The notes under the pieces were generated by a model. It saw only the letters and a list, made by a program, of their open reading frames with translations, was not told the DNA's origin and did not search any database. From Candidatus Latescibacterota bacterium (GTDB lineage Bacteria > Latescibacterota > UBA2968 > UBA8231), in the NCBI GenBank assembly GCA_965221775.1, contig CBDCSU010000006.1:1088001-1152000 (forward strand): a stretch of 64,000 nt of DNA. The letters run 5' to 3'. Shown piece by piece: positions 56,213 through 64,000 of this stretch. The stretch's first letter is position 1. Every line of letters begins with the position of its first letter. The position numbers and the translations under genes are program-made.

Positions 56213-57631
56213 ATGGAGATGGAGGAAGGATATCGGCGAGGCGCAGTCCTGGGCCTGACGATTGCCGAGATATTCATCCTCCTGGTCTTCCTCATGCTGC
56301 TCGCTCTCATGGGGGTAAACCGCTACTGGGGCGGTAAGCTGGACCCTTGGAAGTCCATCATTGACCAGCACACCCCGGAGGAGGTCGGCGCGGCTCTGAA
56401 GCACCCGGACCAGCAGGGGCGTGAAATCGCAAGGCTTACCCGCCAGATTGAAGATCTGACAAGGCAGAAGGAACGGCTTCAGGAGCGAATCCGAACGCTG
56501 GAGGACAGAGAGGGGACAGCCGGAGAGTTGCTTGATGAGGCCGAAGAGGAGCTACGGGAGCTCGGTAACACACTGGCCGAGCAAGAACAAGCCCTCGCGC
56601 AGGCCAACGACAAGATTCGCATCATCGGCAAGGGAATCACCCCGCCCTGCTGGTACCAACGCGTCCAGGAGACCAACCCCATCACCCAGGCCAACTGGCG
56701 GGAGAAGCCGTACTACCTGTTCGACATCGCCCTCCGTGAGGACCACATGGAGGTTCAGAGGCTTCCGGTCCCGGAGGGATCTGCGGAGGACGACAACGGG
56801 CGCCCCTACGCCGCTGAAGCGAAGGACCTTCCGCTGGACGAAATCCCCTACGGGGAGCGGCTTACGGACGTTGAGATGCGCCGCGCCATGAGTCCGCTAT
56901 ACGAGAGAGCCAAGGCATCCCAAGTCAGGACCTATTCTTGCATTTTCTATGTACGCGTCTGGGACGAGACTCCCTCAGGCGCAAAAGACCGATGGAAACA
57001 GGCTCATGATGGAGTGCTGGAGCAACTCTTCGGTACGCATCAAGTCCGTGGAACATCATGGGAAGACCGGGGCCAGGAGCCCGTGAACGTTCGAGTGGAT
57101 CAGGGGGGCCGGGAGCCCGTGAACGTCGGAGGGAATCTGGATTTGCGGGACTTGGAGATCGCGCCGGAGACCAGGTGTTCCGAGTATGACAGGGAGCGGG
57201 ACTATCCTTATTCCCAGTCTCTCGAACGTCAAATTCTGCAAGAGTTGGGAGCGATCCGCTGCATGTACACTGACAGGGTCTTCGATTCTCTTCACGATAC
57301 GGAGATCGAGCACATCGTTGCGTTGAGCGAAGCCCATGATTCCGGCTTGTGCAGCGCGGATGCGGAGACCCGGCGAGAGTTCAGCAGCGACTTGCTGAAT
57401 CTGACATTGGCTGATCCCCAGGTGAACCGGCAGAAGGGCGACAAGGACCCTGGCGAGTGGCTTCCGCAGGTCAACCGTCTTTGGTACGCCCGCCGGGTCC
57501 TTGCAGTAAAGCGCAAGTATGGTCTGACAATCGACCGGAGGGAACAGGAAGCCTTGCAGGAAGTCCTGCTGAATCTCGAGACCGCTGCCAAGTCAGCTCC
57601 AGCAGGTTCTAGCGCGGACTCGCTGCAGTGA
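56213..57631 (+). CDS. MotB-like single-TM coiled-coil protein fused to DUF1524-type HNH nuclease
   Basis: GLTIAEIFILLVFLMLL TM; coiled coil; EIEHIVALSEAH...NLTLADPQVNRQKGDKDPGEWLP...VKRKYGLTID. Confidence 0.75.
   Translation: MEMEEGYRRGAVLGLTIAEIFILLVFLMLLALMGVNRYWGGKLDPWKSIIDQHTPEEVGAALKHPDQQGREIARLTRQIEDLTRQKERLQERIRTLEDREGTAGELLDEAEEELRELGNTLAEQEQALAQANDKIRIIGKGITPPCWYQRVQETNPITQANWREKPYYLFDIALREDHMEVQRLPVPEGSAEDDNGRPYAAEAKDLPLDEIPYGERLTDVEMRRAMSPLYERAKASQVRTYSCIFYVRVWDETPSGAKDRWKQAHDGVLEQLFGTHQVRGTSWEDRGQEPVNVRVDQGGREPVNVGGNLDLRDLEIAPETRCSEYDRERDYPYSQSLERQILQELGAIRCMYTDRVFDSLHDTEIEHIVALSEAHDSGLCSADAETRREFSSDLLNLTLADPQVNRQKGDKDPGEWLPQVNRLWYARRVLAVKRKYGLTIDRREQEALQEVLLNLETAAKSAPAGSSADSLQ
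57069..57126 (+). repeat. 22-bp direct repeat at domain junction
   Basis: GGGGCC(A/G)GGAGCCCGTGAACGT at 57069-57090 and 57105-57126, one mismatch. Confidence 0.85.
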
Positions 57632-57692
57632 CACTCACCTGATGGGGCCGGGGCGCCGAGCCTCCCTGCCCCACCCGCACTCCGATCCCGCC

Positions 57693-58490
57693 ATGCCCGC
57701 TACCCGGTCAGACCCACCCCCACTGCCGGTGACAGTGGCCCGAATCAGTCGAGGCGGCAGCGTCCGACCCGTCTGGCAGAATGCGCTTGGAGGCACCACC
57801 TACGAGCTGACCGCCGGCGCCTCCCGGTCCTTTCTGAAGTGGGCACCCGCCGAGAGCCCCATCGACCTGTCCGAGGAGCGCCACCGCCTTGAATGGGCCG
57901 TACGCTATGCGAGCGTACCGATGGTGCTTGACCATGGCGCCGAGTTCGATGGGTCCTGGCTCCTCACACGAGGGTTGCCCGGCGAGAGTGCCGTCTCTTC
58001 CCGTTGGCTCAGTGATCCGCAAGCTGCTGTCCGAGCCATAGGCGCAGGGCTCCGCGCACTCCATGACGATCTCCCTGCCACCGAATGCCCGTTCAGCTGG
58101 TCGCTCATGGACCGCCGTAGTGACATTCACCGACGAGCACGTGCAGGACTCCTCGACCCCGACACGTGGCATGCGGACCATCGCGCCCTCACGATCGACC
58201 AGGCCCTGGCCCGCCTGCAGCGCAGTCCGCCCGAGGACGACCTCGTCGTGTGTCACGGCGATACCTGCGCTCCAAACACCATCATTGGTTCGCAGGGACA
58301 GTGCACTGGCCATGTAGACCTCGGCTCTCTGGGCGTGGCGGATCGTTGGGCAGACATCGCCATAGCGACATGGAGCACGACATGGAACTACGGCCACGGC
58401 TGGGAATCCACGCTTCTGGATGCATATGGCATGGACCCTGAGCCGAGCCGCATCGCCTACTACCGCCTGCTCTACGATCTCGGACCCTGA
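57693..58490 (+). CDS. Aminoglycoside 3'-phosphotransferase-like protein
   Basis: FLKW, CPFSW, VVCHGDTCAPN, HVDLGSLGVADRWADIA, RIAYYRLL. Confidence 0.85.
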   Translation: MPATRSDPPPLPVTVARISRGGSVRPVWQNALGGTTYELTAGASRSFLKWAPAESPIDLSEERHRLEWAVRYASVPMVLDHGAEFDGSWLLTRGLPGESAVSSRWLSDPQAAVRAIGAGLRALHDDLPATECPFSWSLMDRRSDIHRRARAGLLDPDTWHADHRALTIDQALARLQRSPPEDDLVVCHGDTCAPNTIIGSQGQCTGHVDLGSLGVADRWADIAIATWSTTWNYGHGWESTLLDAYGMDPEPSRIAYYRLLYDLGP

Positions 58491-58512
58491 GGGCGAGGAT
58501 ATGTGAGAGCAT

Positions 58513-59004
58513 ATGATCGTTCGAATATCAGCCAAGCTCGGCAAGAAGATCGGTCTGAGCCCGGACAGGGTTCTTCCCGCCGACCCCAGTCCATTCGCCG
58601 ACTGGTCGGCCCACTTGTTCACGGCCGAGCGAACTCAATACATCCTGATCTCGAACACGGCATCCCTCTACTCCATGGTGATGTTTGGCAGAGGCATCAC
58701 CGATGATTGTCGCTTCCTGGATCGGATGACGAGCTACATGCGGGAATTCCTTCGAGCAGATCGCCACGGGTTCATCTTCGAGCGGTTGATCATGCCGCGG
58801 CTGGATCGGGTGAACTTTTCCAAGGCACTCAACCGATCCGTAATCGGTTCGATGAACGATCTCGTCTTCCAGGCTCAGCTTCATCTCATCGAAGGCGCCA
58901 TGCCGCCGGTTGATGTATCGTTTCGCTTGAATGAAGTGCCAATGTCGTATCTGGAGCATTTCACTCCACGAGCGTCCTTTCAGCACCTTGCTCCCGCTAC
59001 CTGA
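58513..59004 (+). CDS. DUF6933-like hypothetical protein
   Basis: FADWSAHLF, SKALNRSVIGSMND, LNEVPM. Confidence 0.65.
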   Translation: MIVRISAKLGKKIGLSPDRVLPADPSPFADWSAHLFTAERTQYILISNTASLYSMVMFGRGITDDCRFLDRMTSYMREFLRADRHGFIFERLIMPRLDRVNFSKALNRSVIGSMNDLVFQAQLHLIEGAMPPVDVSFRLNEVPMSYLEHFTPRASFQHLAPAT

Positions 59005-59066
59005 GCTGGCCGGCCGCCAGCGGCTGGCTCGGCCGGCGAGGCAGGTGGGCCATCCCTCCTTTTTCC

Positions 59067-59096
59067 TTGACATTGTAAAGCGGCCAATGCTGTACT
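59067..59096 (+). promoter_or_regulatory. Putative sigma70 promoter
   Basis: TTGACA 59067-72, 18-nt spacer, TGnTGTACT. Confidence 0.45.
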
Positions 59097-59166
59097 GAGA
59101 AAGCCGCTTCGCCCTCGGGAGACTCCTCCAATCTCCTCTCGGACGGGATAGGTCAGGAGGACCACC

Positions 59167-61629
59167 ATGCATCGATCTGCCGCGGCGCTGGCCTTCGCTC
59201 TCCTCCTAGCCGAGACGGGGGCCGATGAAGCCGGTGATGCGCGGATGCAGCACTGGATGGTCCACCCCCAGCGCACCGCCGTCGCGGTGCGCACGGACAC
59301 ACCGCCCCGCCTCGACGGCGTCGTCGACGACGAGGTCTGGCAGCGCGCCCCCCTGAACGAAGGCTTCACCCAGAGCGACCCGGACGACGGCGAGCCCGCG
59401 TCGCTGCGCACCACTTTCCAGGTGGCCTACGACGACGACGCTCTCTACATCGCCGCCGTCTGCTACGACGATCCCGACAGCGTCACCGTGGCCCTTGCGA
59501 GACGGGACGAATCGCGCGAGCGCGACTTCGTGGAGATCAACCTCGATCCCCACCACGACCACCAGACCGGCGTCTGGTTCAACGTCGGCCCCTCGGGCTG
59601 GATCGGGGACGGGATCATCTACAACGACGACGACTTCGACAACGGCTGGGACAGTGTGGCCGAGGCCGCCGCGGCGATGCGGCCGGACGGCTGGAGCGTG
59701 GAGCTGAAGATCCCCTACCACGCCCTGCGCTTCGGCGGTAACGAGACCTGGGGGATCAACGTCTACCGCAAGATCAGCCGCCGGGCCGAGTGGGCGGGAT
59801 GGAGCCACACGCCCCGGGGCGTCACCGGCTACGCCTCGCGCTTCGGCCACCTCGAGGGGATCGAGGGGATCGAGCCGCGGCGCAGTCTCGAGATCCTGCC
59901 CTTCACCTTGGGCCGCAGCATCCTGCCCGTGGGAGACGCCGGCGGCGGGCACGATCTGTCCTCCTCGGCCGGCGTCGACCTGCGCTACGGCCTGTCCTCC
60001 AACATCTCCCTCAATGCCACCGTCAACCCGGACTTCGGCCAGGTCGAGGGCGACCCGGCGGTGCTCAACCTGACCGTCTTCGAGACCTTCTACCGCGAGC
60101 GCCGGCCCTTCTTCCTGGAGGGCATCCAGATCTTCCAGTCCCCCCGCCCGAGCATCACCGGCGTCACCGGGCAGGCGCGCCTCTTCCACTCGCGGCGCAT
60201 CGGCCGGCCGCCCTCGCGGTTCCCCCTTCCCGCCGGCAGCCGGGAGCTGGAGCGTCCCGACCACACCACGATCCTCGGCGCCCTCAAGCTCTCGGGAAAG
60301 ACCGGGGGACGCACGGCCTTCGGTCTCCTCAACGCCGTCACCGGCCGCGAGGAGGTGCTCGTCGAGCAGGCCGACACGGTGCGCCGCCGCGTCGAGGTCG
60401 AGCCGGTCACCAACTACCTCGTCGGCCGCGTGCAGCAGGACCTGCTGACCAACTCCACCGCCGGCGCCGAGATCACGGCGGTCAACGGCCGCGGCTTCGA
60501 CCCGGCCTATGTCGGGGCCGGCGACCTGCACCTCAAGTGGCGGGACAACGCCTACCGGCTCTACACCCGTCTGGCCGTGAGCCGCGCCCGACAGGGGCCC
60601 GAGCGCGGCACCGGCTGGGAGGGTCTCCTCAACCTCGGAAAGTCGGGAGGCGCCTTCGGCGGCCAGGTCCACGTGGACGCGCGGTCCCCCGCCTTCCAGG
60701 TCAACGACCTGGGATGGATGAAGCCCCGCGACCGCATCCAGACGGGCCTGCGCCTCTATCACCAGAAGCTCCACCCGTACTGGTTCGCCCGCCGCTCCGG
60801 GTATGAGCTCGACTTCTTTGCCCGCTGGAACTACGCCCGCCAGCGGCTATACCGGGGGATGGCCCTCAACAACTGGCACCAGCTGCACAACTACTGGGGT
60901 TTCTGGACCCAAGTGATCCGCAACTTCGAGGGCTTTGACGAGGTGGTCACCCGCGGCGGACCGATCATGGTCGCACCGTCCGACAACAGGATCAGGCTGA
61001 GTGTGTGGAGCGATGACCGCAAGCTCGTCACCGGCCGGTTCGGGGGGAACCTCACATGGAGCCGGGGAGGCGACAACCTGCAATCGGGGGTCTGGGCGGG
61101 TCTCGAGTTGCGGCCCATGTCCCAACTCAGGGTGACGATCGACCCGGGCTACAGCTTCCAGCGCAACTTCGCCCAGTGGCTGCGGAACACGGACGACGAC
61201 GGCGACGGCGAGGACGACCGCTTCATCTTCGGCGAGCTCGAGAGCCGCGTCCTGGATATCAGCGTGCGCGGCGACTGGACCTTCACGCCCACCCTGAGCC
61301 TGCAGCTCTACGCCCAGCCCTTCGTGACCACCGGCGACTACGGCGCCATCAAGGAGCTGGCGCGCCCGCGGTCCTACGAGTTCCTCCCCTACGCCGGCTT
61401 CGAGGGGAACCCCGACTTCCACTTCCGCTCCTTCCACTCCAACCTGGTCCTGCGCTGGGAGTTCCGCCCCGGCAGCACCCTCTTCGTCGTCTGGCAGCAG
61501 AGCCGGGACCGCGGCTTCGGCGACACCCTCGACCCCCGGTTCCAACCCGCCGGGGACCTCGGCGGCGCCCTCCTCGACCCGGGGCACAGCATTCTGCTGA
61601 TCAAGGGCAACTGGTGGCTGGGGCTGTGA
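59167..61629 (+). CDS. CBM9-like + DUF5916 outer-membrane protein
   Basis: PRLDGVVDDEVW, GWSVELKIP, NPDFGQVE, ERRPFFLEG, LFHSRRIG; AGGAGG RBS. Confidence 0.85.
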   Translation: MHRSAAALAFALLLAETGADEAGDARMQHWMVHPQRTAVAVRTDTPPRLDGVVDDEVWQRAPLNEGFTQSDPDDGEPASLRTTFQVAYDDDALYIAAVCYDDPDSVTVALARRDESRERDFVEINLDPHHDHQTGVWFNVGPSGWIGDGIIYNDDDFDNGWDSVAEAAAAMRPDGWSVELKIPYHALRFGGNETWGINVYRKISRRAEWAGWSHTPRGVTGYASRFGHLEGIEGIEPRRSLEILPFTLGRSILPVGDAGGGHDLSSSAGVDLRYGLSSNISLNATVNPDFGQVEGDPAVLNLTVFETFYRERRPFFLEGIQIFQSPRPSITGVTGQARLFHSRRIGRPPSRFPLPAGSRELERPDHTTILGALKLSGKTGGRTAFGLLNAVTGREEVLVEQADTVRRRVEVEPVTNYLVGRVQQDLLTNSTAGAEITAVNGRGFDPAYVGAGDLHLKWRDNAYRLYTRLAVSRARQGPERGTGWEGLLNLGKSGGAFGGQVHVDARSPAFQVNDLGWMKPRDRIQTGLRLYHQKLHPYWFARRSGYELDFFARWNYARQRLYRGMALNNWHQLHNYWGFWTQVIRNFEGFDEVVTRGGPIMVAPSDNRIRLSVWSDDRKLVTGRFGGNLTWSRGGDNLQSGVWAGLELRPMSQLRVTIDPGYSFQRNFAQWLRNTDDDGDGEDDRFIFGELESRVLDISVRGDWTFTPTLSLQLYAQPFVTTGDYGAIKELARPRSYEFLPYAGFEGNPDFHFRSFHSNLVLRWEFRPGSTLFVVWQQSRDRGFGDTLDPRFQPAGDLGGALLDPGHSILLIKGNWWLGL

Positions 61630-63080
61630 ACCTCATCCATCCCCACCGGCACAAGCAGCTCTTCCTGGACGACGGCGCCATCGAGGCCGTGTCCGGCCTC
61701 CAGCGGGTGCTGCACCGGCCCGAGCGCTGCGGACCCGTCCTGCGAACCAACCGCTCGCGGGACGAGAAGCACGTGCAGAGCGCCAGCGTGCCCCAGTGGA
61801 ATCCGGAAGAGTCTCTCTGGGAGTGGTGGTACAGGGGCTATCCTGCCTACGCCGAGGACGCCCTCTGCCTCTACGCCAAGTCGACGGACGGCCGGCACTG
61901 GGAACAGCCCGACCTCGGGCTGTACGAGTGGGACGGCTCCGCGGCCAACAACATCGCCTACCGGTCGCCGGAGCGCTCCCTGTATCACGTCATCCGCGAC
62001 GAGAGCGACGACGATCCCCGGCGCCGCTACAAGGCCTTCTTCAGCAACGACGACCACATGAACCGTTGTCCCGGTGTGTCACCCGACGGCTTTCAGTGGA
62101 CCTTCCCCGATGCGCCCCCCATCCCCAGTCAGGATACCTCCCAGCTCATCCGCGACGACCTCGGCCAACGCTACCTGGCCACGGTGAAGCACCGCACCGA
62201 GTGGGGCCGCTCGGCCTGGCTGACGACCAGCCCCGACTTCGTCCACTGGACCGACCCGGTGCTCATCCTCCACACCGACGAGATCGACCAGGAGAACCGA
62301 GAGCGCCGCATCCAGGAGGTCGTCGACGACCCGGCGTACCTCTCTCCGCCCGCCGTCGACGGCAGGGAGTACATCGCCCAGCTCTACATGTTGCCGGTCA
62401 TGACCTACGAGGGTCTGTACATCGGCTTCCCCCTTCTCTTCAATCCCTCCGGCGCCGATCCGGAGCATACCAATCACACCGGCCTCAACCAGGTGGAACT
62501 GGCCGTGTCGAGAGACGCCTGTCACTGGCACCGGGTGGCAGACCGCGCCGTCTTCGTCGGGGTGGAACCCTGGGAGGGCGGCGCCAACTTCGGCAATGCC
62601 CAGGTAGCCCTGTGCGGCCCCCCCATCGTGCGCGGGCCAGAGATCTGGATCTACTACAACGCCTATCGATTCCGCGGACACCGGGAGCTGTTCGCCGGTC
62701 TCGATCCCCGCATCTACAACGATGCCTTCTGGGAGGAGAGCGGGGCCATCTGTCTGGCCAGACTGCGGCTGGACGGCTTCGTCTCCCTCGACGCATCCGC
62801 CGAGGGCGAGCTGCTCACCGCTCCTTTCCTGTGGAGCGGTCAGAGACTGTACGTGAACGCCGATACCGGCGACGGCGAGATGGCCGCGGAGATGGTGGAC
62901 GCGGAGAGCCACGCCCCCTTGCCCGGCCGGTCGGCCGGTGAGTGCCGGCTGCTGCAAGGAGACCACCTGCGCGGAGCCGTCACGTGGGGGGAAGAGACGG
63001 AGGCTGGATCTGCCGGAATCCCCGTGCGCCTGCGCTTCCACCTGCGGAAGGCGCGGCTCTACGGCTTCTGGCTGGAGTGA
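61626..63080 (+). CDS. Five-bladed beta-propeller glycoside hydrolase-like protein
   Basis: GTGA overlap start; QLFLDD, STDGRHW, SPDGFQW, SPDFVHW, LRLDGFVSL. Confidence 0.7.
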   Translation: MNLIHPHRHKQLFLDDGAIEAVSGLQRVLHRPERCGPVLRTNRSRDEKHVQSASVPQWNPEESLWEWWYRGYPAYAEDALCLYAKSTDGRHWEQPDLGLYEWDGSAANNIAYRSPERSLYHVIRDESDDDPRRRYKAFFSNDDHMNRCPGVSPDGFQWTFPDAPPIPSQDTSQLIRDDLGQRYLATVKHRTEWGRSAWLTTSPDFVHWTDPVLILHTDEIDQENRERRIQEVVDDPAYLSPPAVDGREYIAQLYMLPVMTYEGLYIGFPLLFNPSGADPEHTNHTGLNQVELAVSRDACHWHRVADRAVFVGVEPWEGGANFGNAQVALCGPPIVRGPEIWIYYNAYRFRGHRELFAGLDPRIYNDAFWEESGAICLARLRLDGFVSLDASAEGELLTAPFLWSGQRLYVNADTGDGEMAAEMVDAESHAPLPGRSAGECRLLQGDHLRGAVTWGEETEAGSAGIPVRLRFHLRKARLYGFWLE

Positions 63081-63084
63081 GGGA

Positions 63085-63618
63085 TCAGGCCGGGCGTTCC
63101 AGCAGGTGAGGACAGTGTTGCCGCGCCAGGTCCAGACGCTCGCCCAGCTCGGCCAGCCACAAGGTGCGGGCGCTGCACAGCTGGGCGATCTCCAGGTTCC
63201 GCGCCTTCTGCAGGAGGGTGCTGCTCAGATTGGCGCCGGACAGGTCCGTTCCGTCGAGGTCGGCCCCTACCAGTAGCGCGCTGCGCAAGTCCACGCCCCC
63301 CAGATCGGCCCCCCGCAGGTCCGCCCGGCTGAGATTCGTGCCGCGGCCGTCGGCGCCCGGCAGATCGGCGCGAGCCAGGACGGCCTCCGTCAGGTTGGCG
63401 CTGCTGATGTCGGCTTGCCGCAGATTCGCCCCGGTGAAGTCGGCGCCGTCGAGGATGGCCACCGAGAGCAGGGCTCCCGACAGGTCCATGCCGGTGCCGT
63501 CGAGGCCCTTCAGGTCGGCCGAGTAGAGGTCGGGCCGCACCCCGGGATTGTCCCGCCGCCACTGGTTCCAGACTTTCGTCCCCCTCTTGACGAGGGAGAC
63601 GTGCTCTTCCCGTGCCAC
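63085..63618 (-). CDS. Pentapeptide repeat protein
   Basis: WNQWR..PDL then A(D/N)Lxx repeats; start uncertain. Confidence 0.85.
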   Translation of the reverse strand: MAREEHVSLVKRGTKVWNQWRRDNPGVRPDLYSADLKGLDGTGMDLSGALLSVAILDGADFTGANLRQADISSANLTEAVLARADLPGADGRGTNLSRADLRGADLGGVDLRSALLVGADLDGTDLSGANLSSTLLQKARNLEIAQLCSARTLWLAELGERLDLARQHCPHLLERPA

Positions 63619-63653
63619 GCGTCTCAATATAGCCGGGAACTGGAGACCGCCCG

Positions 63654-64000
63654 ATGGCCAAGCTCGATCTGACCGATCCCACCGTCGTCGTGGTGCCCGA
63701 CGGCTGGCAGGAGATGCCCACGGCGCAACGGCTGGCCGACGCCTGCCGCGCCCCGCTCCTCCCTCACCGCGGCTTCGACGAGGCCCTGTTCCGCGACCAC
63801 CACGTCATCGCCTGCGGGCACATGGCGAACAACGCCGCCGTGACCCGGCTCTACAACGCCCGGCGCTGCTTCGCCGACACGCTGTTCCCCGGCGGCGACC
63901 ACTTTCTCCTGACCTCGGTCCGCGATCCCCTCGGCCACGGCCCCGGGGCCGTCGTCGCCGGCGCCAGCGGCGAGGCGGGGCGGGGCGCCGCCGTCGAAGA
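63654..64000 (+). CDS. Hypothetical protein, runs off window
   Basis: GGAG RBS, ATG 63654, open GC3-rich frame to window end (HVIACGHMANN...FPGG). Confidence 0.65.
   Translation, partial: MAKLDLTDPTVVVVPDGWQEMPTAQRLADACRAPLLPHRGFDEALFRDHHVIACGHMANNAAVTRLYNARRCFADTLFPGGDHFLLTSVRDPLGHGPGAVVAGASGEAGRGAAVE

Noticed and set aside
54776-57631. Flagellar motAB, chemoreceptor or canonical Zorya
   Set aside because: No flagellar or che genes, no MCP hairpin signature, no OmpA domain, no recognisable zorC/D/E

Overview
High-GC bacterial chromosomal segment. The gene mix (many PhyH dioxygenases, GH-like proteins, a TonB receptor with a DUF4249 lipoprotein, a FlgD-type C-terminal sorting domain) suggests a Gram-negative FCB-group lineage such as Latescibacterota; this is inference. 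The backbone carries a UbiD decarboxylase, an oxidoreductase/epimerase/amidase operon, rpsU, rnd, an oadG-oadB-oadA Na+-pumping decarboxylase and assorted enzymes. Four visibly lower-GC inserts interrupt it. (1) An ABC/AAA_21 ATPase plus DUF4276-like pair at 3.2-5.3 kb. (2) A decaying island at tRNA-Glu(TTC), about 11-22.6 kb, with a 5'-truncated P4-like integrase, a frameshifted NDT-like gene, IS481 remnants and an intact six-gene cluster: YaaA/DUF6884-like, small ORF, PIN nuclease, putative wHTH protein, BrxD-like ATPase and a divergent TGT. (3) An HTH-fused DNA methyltransferase convergent with a PD-(D/E)XK nuclease at 32.7-36.2 kb. (4) A four-gene membrane operon at 52.5-57.6 kb: 4-TM protein, vWA-like protein, MotA/ZorA-like protein and a MotB-like protein fused to a DUF1524-type HNH nuclease. 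Clusters (2) and (4) are the best candidates for undescribed systems, probably defensive. All family assignments come from motif recognition by eye; no database searches were run.
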